Positions 24,761 through 32,028 of a stretch of DNA of 35,041 nt are shown in pieces. Numbering within the stretch: the stretch's first letter is position 1; the number at the start of each line of letters is the position of its first letter. The DNA is taken from positions 1-35,041 of the forward strand of contig VGSO01000002.1 of assembly GCA_016874945.1 (NCBI GenBank), read 5' to 3'. Source of the DNA: Deltaproteobacteria bacterium. GTDB taxonomy: Bacteria > Desulfobacterota > Desulfobaccia > Desulfobaccales > 0-14-0-80-60-11. A model generated the notes under the pieces. That model ran no database searches and was not told the DNA's origin. It saw nothing but the letters and a program-made list of their open reading frames with translations. The position numbers were made by a program, and so were the translations under genes.

Positions 24761-24972
24761 CGGTTCTGCCTCCTCGAATTGAAATTCATTTCTATTCTAA
24801 TACCCCAGAAGGAATTATCCATAGGCCGGGATAAATTTTCCCGCCGCCCAAAACTTACCTGGACGCCCAGATCAGCGCCATCCCGTGCTAACGCTATAAT
24901 TTTTAAATTTATTATTATTTAGTTTTTTTAAGGCTAATAATGCTATCATGAGACGCTACAAAACTCGTTTTG

Positions 24973-25046
24973 TTGTCATCCTGAACGAAGTGAAGGATCT
25001 CAACCTCTTGTAAATACGAGATTCTTCGCTTCGCTCAGAATGACAA
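24973..25046. repeat. 28-bp imperfect inverted repeat element
   Basis: ttgtcatcctgaacgaagtgaaggatct (24973-25000) and agattcttcgcttcgctcagaatgacaa (25019-25046). 24 of 28 positions are complementary and the loop is 18 nt. The motif resembles the GTCATCCTGAGCGAAGCGAAGGATC-type hairpins scattered in many bacterial genomes. Confidence 0.75.
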
Positions 25047-25119
25047 GGGGCGGCAATAAGTAATTTTGCAAGAGCCTCATGGATTACTCAAGTAGGCCCT
25101 AATAGAAAGGAGATCCCTC

Positions 25120-27228
25120 ATGGCTGCTATTCCCCGCTTATCCTTAAAAAACCTGGCCGCGTGGGTTTTATTGGTTGCCGGCCTGACTACCCTGGGGAGC
25201 GCCAGTTTGGTTTTTTCCCAGGTAGACGACGACGACCTGTTGTTGTTCCTGCCGGCCATGGCCGGGCCGCCCAAATACCTGCTCATCACTCCCGCCCGCC
25301 TGGCCGTCCTGAAACAGAAGGTGCAGAACAACGCCCCGGAGTGGGTGACCCTGAAAACCAACGTGGATGACGAAATGGGCTCCATTGACTACTATAGCTG
25401 CAGCCCGGAGAACATTGCCCTGGTCTATCTCCTCACCCGGGAGCCCCAGTACGCCGCGGCGGCGCTGAACTGGGCCCAGGATAGCATGACCCTGGACGTG
25501 CGTTCTGACAGCTATCTGGAATTCGGCGAATACATGCGCCGGGTGGCCCTGGTCCTCAACTATTGCTGGGACGCCTTCACCCCCGCGCAACGCACCCAAC
25601 TCTCAAATTACCTGGACGCCTGGACCTATGAATTGTGGTTCAACAATCAGGGCAGCGGCTGGGGCCTGAACGACCCGGGCAACAATTATCACATGGCCTT
25701 CCTGGAAGGCACCGCCTTTGCCGGCTACGCCCTGCGGGAGGCGGGTCACCCCAACGCCCACACTTATATCGGGGTCTTGCTGGACAAGCTCAACCATTCG
25801 GGAGGGGTGATGGATTACCTGAACACCCGGGTCCTGGGCGGCGATTGGCATGAAGGGGTCAACTACGGGGAACGCAGTAAGCAGCGGCTTTATGCCGCCC
25901 TGAGCGTCATCGCCTCCATGACCGGGGACAATTACTTTACCCGCAGCCCCTTTTTTGCCAACAGCATCTTTTATGCCCATTACCAGTTGCAGCCGGGCAA
26001 CGCCTACATCTACCCCGGCGGGGACCTGGCCCGCACCTCGGTAATGCCGGTCAGCCCCGATGAACGGGACTTCATCCAGTTAGCGGTCTACTGGCTGCCG
26101 GATAGCGACGCCCGCAAGTATGGGCAATGGTACCTGGAGCAAATCATTCCCGACTATTCCTGTCCAGATGGGACCTGGCGCTGGTACTTTTACAAGGATA
26201 TGATTTTTAAACTCAGCCTGCCTTCCCTGGCCCAAAATACCCTGCCCCTCTCCTACCGGGCCGCCGGTACGGAATGGTGCAACTTCCGTTCGGGCTGGGA
26301 CGCCGATGCCACCTGTGTGAGCCTGTCGGGTTCGCCCATCATTGACCAGAGCCACGCCCACCATGACGTGGGCTCTTTCACCATCTGGAAGCGGGACTGG
26401 CTGGCCATGGACGCCAGCACCTTGAGCAACAGCGGCATCCTCTGGGAGCCGGGGGCGCACAATATGCTCCATGTCGCCGGCCGCGAGCGCCGGGATGTCC
26501 CCAGCGTTCCCGGCCTGACCCGCTATTGGGATGAAGCCCTGTTTTCTTACGCTCAAGTCAACGGCACCAACCTCTTTAGGCAGCGGGGCGAGGAGGAGGA
26601 CATCCTGCTGTTGAATGAATGGACCCGGGAATTCGTCTATCTCAAGCCGGACACGGTGGTGGTCTATGACCGGGTTGCTCCCAAACCGGGAAGCGCTTAC
26701 AAACTGCGCTTCCACTTCCCGGTTAAGCCGATCCTGGCCTCAGGACTTTACACGGCCAGCCACAAGGGCGGCGGCATCTCCCTCCTCCCTTTGGTGAGCG
26801 GGGCCGCCAACATCGTAAAGGACACGGACCTGGAGGGCGATCCCTTAGGGAGCAATTGCTGGCGGGTGCAGCAGAGCGCCGCGACTCCCCTGTCCGGGCG
26901 ATTTTTAAACATTATCGGGGTAGCCGCCGGCGCGCCCCCGGCCCTCAGTGCGTCCCTGGTTACGGCCGCCACCAACGTCATGCAAGGGGCGCTGTGGAAT
27001 GACCAGGTGCTCCTTTTTTCCAACAGCTCTCTCGGGGCCCCGCCGGCGCTCCCCTTTTCTTATACGCTGCCCGGCACCGCCAGCCGGACCCATACGCTGT
27101 TTAATATGACCGTCCTCGGCGGTTATGACATCACCGTAACTCGCGCCGCCGGCCAGACCACGGTGACGGTGAGCTCCGGCGCCACGTATAACGCCAACAG
27201 CCAGGGGGTGCTGCGCTTCACGGACTGA
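25120..27228 (+). CDS. exported heparinase II/III-like (polysaccharide lyase-like) protein
   Basis: SD AGGAG 8 nt upstream. Signal or anchor LAAWVLLVAGLTTLGSASLVFS. DQSHAHHDVGSFTIWKRDWLAMD resembles the heparinase II/III C-terminal-domain His motif. The N-terminal half looks like an alpha/alpha toroid. The family assignment is tentative. Confidence 0.5.
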   Translation: MAAIPRLSLKNLAAWVLLVAGLTTLGSASLVFSQVDDDDLLLFLPAMAGPPKYLLITPARLAVLKQKVQNNAPEWVTLKTNVDDEMGSIDYYSCSPENIALVYLLTREPQYAAAALNWAQDSMTLDVRSDSYLEFGEYMRRVALVLNYCWDAFTPAQRTQLSNYLDAWTYELWFNNQGSGWGLNDPGNNYHMAFLEGTAFAGYALREAGHPNAHTYIGVLLDKLNHSGGVMDYLNTRVLGGDWHEGVNYGERSKQRLYAALSVIASMTGDNYFTRSPFFANSIFYAHYQLQPGNAYIYPGGDLARTSVMPVSPDERDFIQLAVYWLPDSDARKYGQWYLEQIIPDYSCPDGTWRWYFYKDMIFKLSLPSLAQNTLPLSYRAAGTEWCNFRSGWDADATCVSLSGSPIIDQSHAHHDVGSFTIWKRDWLAMDASTLSNSGILWEPGAHNMLHVAGRERRDVPSVPGLTRYWDEALFSYAQVNGTNLFRQRGEEEDILLLNEWTREFVYLKPDTVVVYDRVAPKPGSAYKLRFHFPVKPILASGLYTASHKGGGISLLPLVSGAANIVKDTDLEGDPLGSNCWRVQQSAATPLSGRFLNIIGVAAGAPPALSASLVTAATNVMQGALWNDQVLLFSNSSLGAPPALPFSYTLPGTASRTHTLFNMTVLGGYDITVTRAAGQTTVTVSSGATYNANSQGVLRFTD

Positions 27229-27454
27229 GGGCGACTATTGGGGTTAATAGGCCGACACCCTAACAATAATTTCTGCACCATCTCAGGCGTTGCGTTTCTG
27301 CGGAAAAAAGGAGAAATTTCTTGACGTTAAAGGGCGCTTTCTTTAACCTGGCAATATCTTAAACTTTTCCCCTATTTTTTATAAGTAACCCGTAAGTAAG
27401 CGAAGGAAAGGTCATGAATCGCCCGGTCGCGTCATTCCCCCAAGGCCTTGGCTT

Positions 27455-28244
27455 ATGGACGGCGCCGGGAAGCGCCGGTCGCGGCGGCCCTTTCCTGGGG
27501 AGCGCAGATGGGCGCCTCGGGAGCCGGGGCCGCCCGCGGTGGTGACCATGACGCCGGTGGGTCTGGGGAAGAAGGCGAAGCTCGCGGCCCTGGCCCCCCT
27601 GCCCGGCAGGGTCAACTATTTTATCGGCAACGACCCCAAGAACTGGCGGACCGATATTCCCACTTATGCGGCGGTGGCTTATAAGGAGGCGTACCAGGGG
27701 ATAGACCTGAAGTTCTACGGCAACGGCCGGCAACTGGAGTACGACGTCGTGGTGGGGCCGGGGGCCGACCCGGACCAGGTGCAGTTCCGCTACGCCGGGG
27801 TGGAGCGGCTGGAGGTGACCCCGGAAGGCCACCTGGCCTTGAAGCTCCCGGGGGGCGGGGAACTGATCCAACAGAAGCCTTACGTCTACCAGGAAATCGC
27901 CGGGCGGCGGGTGGCCCGGGAGGGGAGGTTCCGGGTGCAGGGGGACGCCGCCCGCCTCACCTGCGGCTTCCAGGTGGTGGCCTACGACCACACCCGGGCC
28001 CTCATCATCGACCCGGTCCTGATCTACTCCACCTACCTGGGGGGGAAGTTATTATGATTATGCCTGTGGCATCGCCGTGGATCCCGCGGGAAACGCCTAT
28101 ATCACGGGAAATACTTACTCCTCCGATTTCCCCACCCGCAACCCCTACCAGGGGGCCAGAAAGGGGAGTTGGGACGCCTTTGTCACCAAGCTCAGCACCA
28201 TGCCTTGCATGACTGCCATCATTAACATGCTCTTGAGCGATTAG
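27455..28244 (+). pseudogene. decayed SBBP (beta-propeller repeat) surface-protein gene: N- and C-terminally truncated and frameshifted in a G7 tract
   Basis: LPGRVNYFIGNDPKNWRTDIPTY...IDLKFYGNGRQLEYDVVVGPGADP...YSTYLGG matches the conserved N-domain of SBBP-repeat proteins, but no signal peptide precedes it (the frame opens at 27389). The frame stops at 28057. The -1 frame from 28044 continues GSYYDYACGIAVDPAGNAYITGNTYSSDFPTRNPYQ...DAFVTKLS (one SBBP repeat) to the stop at 28244. A G6 tract instead of G7 at 28039-28045 would join the two parts. Confidence 0.75.
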
Positions 28245-28468
28245 TCAGCGAAACCTGACTCCACTGATTAACGTCAACCGAGTTACACCCCGACAAGCAT
28301 CATATTTTATAGCCAAATTGTCCAGCGTTGACTATGCTAGCACAAATTTCCATGAATTTGTCAACCAATCACCCGGACATGGCATACCTGCCCTTTAGAA
28401 CCCGGATACCTCAGCGCGTTGGATCTTAGGGACCCCAGTTCCCTGGCCCTCCCCCCAACAATATCTTT

Positions 28469-29287
28469 TTATGCTTTACGGGTGAGTCGCCGCCGGTGCT
28501 GCAACAGGCTGGTGGCCAAGTATATCACGGAAAGCAGCAGCACAATGGTGGCTCCCGGAGGATAGTCCAGGCTGTAGGAAGCCCCCAGGCCGCCCACCAT
28601 GGACCCCGCGGCCACCCCCGCGGAGACCCCGATCATGGCCCGGATGCGGCGGCTCAGGTTCTGGGCGATGGCCCCGGGAATGACCAGCAGGGCCGACACC
28701 AGGATGATGCCCACCAGGTAAATGGCCACGATAATCACCAGGGCCATCATCACCAGGAACAGGCAGCGCAGCAGCCGCACCGGCACCCCGCTCACCCAGG
28801 CCATTTCCTCATCGAAACTCAAGAAAACCAGTTCCTTGAAAAATATCCAGACCACCGCCAGGACGACCAAGGTGACCAGGAAGATTTCCGTGACCTGGCG
28901 AGGCCCGATGGCCAGCAGGTTCCCGAAGAGAAACCCGAAAACGTCCACGTTGTAAACCCGGGACAGGTGCAGAAAGACCAGCCCCAGGGCCATGGACGCC
29001 GCGAAAAAGATGCCGATGGCCGTGTCTTCCTCCACCCGGCCGTGGGCCAGGGACCATTCAATGAGCAGGGCCACCGCCACGGAAAAAAGGATGCCGGTCC
29101 ACAGGGGGTCCACTCCCAGGAGAAACCCCAGGGCCACCCCGCCGAAGGCGGAGTGGGAGATGCCCACCCCGATGAAGGCCATGCGCCGCAGGATGACAAA
29201 AACCGACAGCACCCCGCACAGCAGGCTCACCAGCAATCCCGCCATCAAGGCCCGCTGGAGGAATCCCAGGGTCAAAAAATCACTCAT
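28469..29287 (-). CDS. znuB: zinc/metal ABC transporter permease (ABC-3 family)
   Basis: 272 aa, multi-TM. The N-terminus FLQRALMAGLLVSLLCGVLSVFVILRRMAFIGVGISHSAFGGVALG is typical of ZnuB/MntB-type permeases. Overlaps znuC by 8 nt. Confidence 0.88.
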   Translation of the reverse strand: MSDFLTLGFLQRALMAGLLVSLLCGVLSVFVILRRMAFIGVGISHSAFGGVALGFLLGVDPLWTGILFSVAVALLIEWSLAHGRVEEDTAIGIFFAASMALGLVFLHLSRVYNVDVFGFLFGNLLAIGPRQVTEIFLVTLVVLAVVWIFFKELVFLSFDEEMAWVSGVPVRLLRCLFLVMMALVIIVAIYLVGIILVSALLVIPGAIAQNLSRRIRAMIGVSAGVAAGSMVGGLGASYSLDYPPGATIVLLLSVIYLATSLLQHRRRLTRKA

Positions 29288-30056
29288 CGTGGACCTTCAC
29301 CACCCGGTGGGGAATCTCGCCGTGAAATAGATACTCCACGCTGCAGCCGAAGGTGCTCTCCAGGGGAATTCTCCCGATGGGCGGCGGCTGGTGCACGTGG
29401 ACCCGGCGGTTGAGGCAGACGATGTCGTTGACGTGCCGGGCCACCCCGCCGATATCGTGGGAGACCATGAGCACGGTGAGGCGCAGTTTTCCCTTCAGGT
29501 CGTAAACCAATTCATAGAGGTCGTCCTGGGCGCAGGCATCCAGGGAAATCATCGGTTCATCCAGGATGAGGAGCCGGGGTTCCACGCACAGGGCCCGGGC
29601 GATAAAGACCCGCTGCTGCTCGCCGCCGGAGATTTCCCCGATGGGCCGATGGGCCAGATGGGAGATGCCCACCATCTCCAGGTGGCGCCGAGCCGCCCGG
29701 ACGTCCTCAGGCCGGTGTCGGCGGCCCAGGCCGATGCGGCCGTAGCGGCCCATGAGGACCACGTCCAGAACGGAAACCGGGAAATGCGGATTTATCAGGG
29801 GCTTCTGGGGGAGATAGCCGAGAGCCTCCCCCTGGCGCCGCAGCTTATCAGGGGACTCGCCGAAGACGCTCACCCGTCCTCGGGTGGGCCGCACCAGACC
29901 CAGGATTACTTTGAGCAAAGTGCTTTTCCCCGCGCCGTTGGGCCCCAGAATACCCACGAACCGGCCGGCTTCAATCTCCAGGCTGACGTCCTCCAGAACG
30001 GTTAATCCGTTGTAAGTCACCCAAAGGTTTTGAGTGGCCACAGCAAATTCGGGCAT
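29280..30056 (-). CDS. znuC: zinc/metal ABC transporter ATP-binding protein
   Basis: Walker A GPNGAGKST, signature ISGGEQQRV, Walker B LLILDEP. 258 aa. Confidence 0.9.
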   Translation of the reverse strand: MPEFAVATQNLWVTYNGLTVLEDVSLEIEAGRFVGILGPNGAGKSTLLKVILGLVRPTRGRVSVFGESPDKLRRQGEALGYLPQKPLINPHFPVSVLDVVLMGRYGRIGLGRRHRPEDVRAARRHLEMVGISHLAHRPIGEISGGEQQRVFIARALCVEPRLLILDEPMISLDACAQDDLYELVYDLKGKLRLTVLMVSHDIGGVARHVNDIVCLNRRVHVHQPPPIGRIPLESTFGCSVEYLFHGEIPHRVVKVHDE

Positions 30057-30156
30057 TTGGTTACCTTATGGGGGAAAAGGGTGAAAAAAATGGGGGTTGA
30101 TCATGTCTTTGTTTCTGTCTCTGTCTTTTCCCTTTTCGCCTTTTCCTTTTAACCCC

Positions 30157-31125
30157 CTATTTCATCGCCGCTTCCATGGTATCCAGGTTGTACTTCATCA
30201 ATTTAATATAGTCGGAGTCATAAGGGGGGCGGCCCCCCACGGGGTCCAGCATCAGCACCTTGACCCCGGCTTCCTGGGCGATGACTTCCGCCACCCGGGG
30301 ATTGAACTGGGGTTCGGAGAAGACCACCCGGATTTTATAGTTCCGGATATCCCGGATAAGCTTCCGGAGTTGCTTGGGGGTAGGCTCCCGCCCCGGCGCC
30401 GCCTCAATCACCCCCACTTCAAGGAGGCCGTATCTCCGGGCAAAGTAGGTGAAGGCCGGATGGAAGGAAACATAACTCTTAATAGTCCAGGCGGGCGCCC
30501 GCCGGGTGATTTCCTGGTGGAGGTCCGCCAACTCCCCCAGAAATTTTTGCAGGTTGGCGGCGTACAGGTCTTGGTGGGCCGGATCAACCTGGATCAAGGC
30601 TCCAGCGATTTTCTTGCTGATTCCCTGGGCCAGGAGCGGGTCCAGCCAGATGTGGGGATTGCCGGCGGCATGACCGTGACTTCTTTGGGGCTCATGCCCG
30701 TGGCCTTTATGCTCCTCATTTTTCTCCCCTTCAAGTTGCTGGTGAGCCGCATCCCCATCCTGAAGCAGGGTTATGCCCTGGGCCGCTTCCACCACGGTCA
30801 CCGGGCCGGGGTGGGACCGGCGCACCCGGTCCGCCCAGGGTTCCATGCCGGCGCCGATGTACACCAGGACCCGGGCCCGGACCGCCCGGGCCATAACCGA
30901 GGGTGGCGGCTCAAAGGCGTGGGGGCTGGCCCCGGGCGGGATGAGGGCCATCACCTCCACCCGCTCACCCCCGATTCGACGGGTGAAATCGGCCAGGGGA
31001 AGGATGCTGGCGGCCACGGTGATCTTGGGGGTCTCAGCAAGGGCCACAGACGCCATCAGAAAAGGCCCGGCCAAACTTCCTAAGATAAATAATACCAGCT
31101 TCCGTTTCAGATTAAGCCGACTCAT
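30157..31125 (-). CDS. znuA: zinc ABC transporter periplasmic binding protein with a His-rich loop
   Basis: Signal peptide ...FLMASVALA-ETP. Cluster A-1 SBP fold motifs. The His/acidic loop AAHQQLEGEKNEEHKGHGHEPQRSHGHAAGNPH is characteristic of ZnuA. Confidence 0.88.
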   Translation of the reverse strand: MSRLNLKRKLVLFILGSLAGPFLMASVALAETPKITVAASILPLADFTRRIGGERVEVMALIPPGASPHAFEPPPSVMARAVRARVLVYIGAGMEPWADRVRRSHPGPVTVVEAAQGITLLQDGDAAHQQLEGEKNEEHKGHGHEPQRSHGHAAGNPHIWLDPLLAQGISKKIAGALIQVDPAHQDLYAANLQKFLGELADLHQEITRRAPAWTIKSYVSFHPAFTYFARRYGLLEVGVIEAAPGREPTPKQLRKLIRDIRNYKIRVVFSEPQFNPRVAEVIAQEAGVKVLMLDPVGGRPPYDSDYIKLMKYNLDTMEAAMK

Positions 31126-31162
31126 TGTTTATCCAGTGAAGCTTTTTGGTCTTTTTAATAGG

Positions 31163-31190
31163 AACCTGCAACCTAAAACCTGAAACCTGT
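31163..31190. repeat. heptanucleotide tandem repeat (AACCTRM x4)
   Basis: aacctgc aacctaa aacctga aacctgt, 38-65 nt upstream of the znuA start (on the - strand). Confidence 0.75.
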
Positions 31191-31204
31191 CATCTGGCTA
31201 TCAA

Positions 31205-31221
31205 ATGCAACTGAATTGCGT
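31205..31221. promoter_or_regulatory. candidate Zur operator upstream of znuA
   Basis: ATGCAAC-tga-ATTGCGT. The 7-3-7 layout fits the ATGCAAC-N3-GTTGCAT palindrome that I recall being predicted as the Zur box of Desulfovibrio znu operons. The left half matches perfectly and the right half at 5 of 7. It lies 80 nt upstream of the znuA ATG. Confidence 0.45.
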
Positions 31222-31242
31222 TTAACATTGCGGCGGTCTTTT

Positions 31243-31270
31243 CTGCTCACTGCTCACTGCTCACTACTCC
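31243..31270. repeat. heptanucleotide tandem repeat (CTGCTCA x3+)
   Basis: ctgctca ctgctca ctgctca ctactcc, abutting and overlapping the zur stop codon. Confidence 0.75.
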
Positions 31271-31701
31271 TGCTCCCGGCATTTGTGGCAGTGACCGGCC
31301 ACCCGGATATCGATGCGGTCCGCCCGGTTTCCCAAAGGCCCCTGGATTTCCGCCCACATGCGGCTCAAGGGCACCGGGTCCAGGCACTGGACTTCCCGGC
31401 AACTCAGGCATTGAAAGTGAGGATGGGGCGGGTGATGTTCGCAGGCCAGCTCATAATGGGCCGCCCGGTCGTCCAGATTGATCCTTCGCAAGATGCCCCG
31501 GGCGGTGAAATCATCCAGGATGCGGTACACCGTTACTTTGTTGACCCGGCGCCGGATCCGGAGCGACTCCAGGATTTCCCCGGCCCGCAAGGCCCGGTCC
31601 GCCAGGCCCAGAATCTCCAGCACCGCCAACCGCACCGGGGTGGGGCGCAACCCGTTAAGAGCCAGCAACTGGGGAAAATTGCACCGGTCACTCATGGGCA
31701 T
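31264..31701 (-). CDS. zur: Fur-family zinc uptake regulator
   Basis: Winged-helix N-domain (RPTPVRLAVLEIL...VTVYRILDDF). Two CxxC pairs (CLSC, CHKC) and HHPPHPH metal-site residues. First gene of the znu locus. The ORF track starts at a TTG (31719); I prefer the ATG at 31701 (or 31695). Confidence 0.85.
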   Translation of the reverse strand: MPMSDRCNFPQLLALNGLRPTPVRLAVLEILGLADRALRAGEILESLRIRRRVNKVTVYRILDDFTARGILRRINLDDRAAHYELACEHHPPHPHFQCLSCREVQCLDPVPLSRMWAEIQGPLGNRADRIDIRVAGHCHKCREQE

Positions 31702-31713
31702 ACCATAATCATA

Positions 31714-31730
31714 TTTCAACTCAGTTGCAA
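31714..31730. promoter_or_regulatory. candidate Zur operator upstream of zur (autoregulation)
   Basis: TTTCAAC-tca-GTTGCAA (reverse complement TTGCAAC-tga-GTTGAAA). The core CAACTCAGTTG is a perfect palindrome in the same 7-3-7 layout as 31205-31221. It lies 13 nt upstream of the preferred zur ATG. Confidence 0.45.
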
Positions 31731-31737
31731 GATTAGA

Positions 31738-31765
31738 TTTCAGTTTTCGGTTTTCAGTTTTCAGT
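31738..31765. repeat. heptanucleotide tandem repeat (TTTCRGT x4)
   Basis: tttcagt tttcggt tttcagt tttcagt. The reverse complement is ACTGAAA/ACCGAAA, the same unit family as 6624-6654. Confidence 0.8.
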
Positions 31766-31836
31766 ATAAATTACCTGGAAGTAATTATAACCCGCCATGC
31801 CGGGGCGACCCGGCGGATTGCCCGTTTGGCAGCCAA

Positions 31837-31886
31837 GCAGTTGGCCATGAGCCTTCGGCTCACCCATAAACCATGAAAAGTGTTGG
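31837..31886. repeat. 50-bp dispersed repeat, copy B (inverted relative to 90-139)
   Basis: The reverse complement ccaacacttttcatggtttatgggtgagccgaaggctcatggccaactgc matches 90-139 at 46 of 50 positions. It is flanked by the hairpin GCACAGGCT-ttcc-AGCCTGTGC (31890-31911), at the same relative position as the GCGGCC hairpin of copy A. Confidence 0.8.
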
Positions 31887-31951
31887 TAGCACAGGCTTTC
31901 CAGCCTGTGCAGAGCAAAACTTCTCAGCGCAGGGCTTGGCAACAAAAATGC

Positions 31952-31975
31952 GCTCCCCAGCGGGAGCTGGGGAAC
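31952..31975. repeat. GCTCCCCAGC hairpin (REP-like family)
   Basis: GCTCCCCAGC-ggga-GCTGGGGAAC (9 of 10 paired). The flank aaatgcG is shared with the copy at 11238. Confidence 0.8.
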
Positions 31976-32028
31976 GGGTGTAATGGTATTTTATGGGATT
32001 TTGCGTTAACTTCTCACGTCTTCAAAAA

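Noticed and set aside
20201-28244. A shared C-terminal ending (SSILLLD in the exported Cys-rich protein, INMLLSD in the SBBP remnant, VLRFTD in the lyase-like protein) as a possible sorting signal.
   Set aside because: The evidence is only two or three short, loosely similar tails, and one belongs to a decayed gene. It matches none of the C-terminal sorting motifs I know (PEP-CTERM, MYXO-CTERM and others). Coincidence is the likely explanation.
90-31886. The two inverted 50-bp repeats as terminal inverted repeats of a 31.8-kb mobile element.
   Set aside because: There is no transposase, integrase, tRNA target or direct-repeat duplication. The interior is a mix of housekeeping-like operons. 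The element co-occurs with other dispersed repeat families, so independent small repeat copies are more likely.
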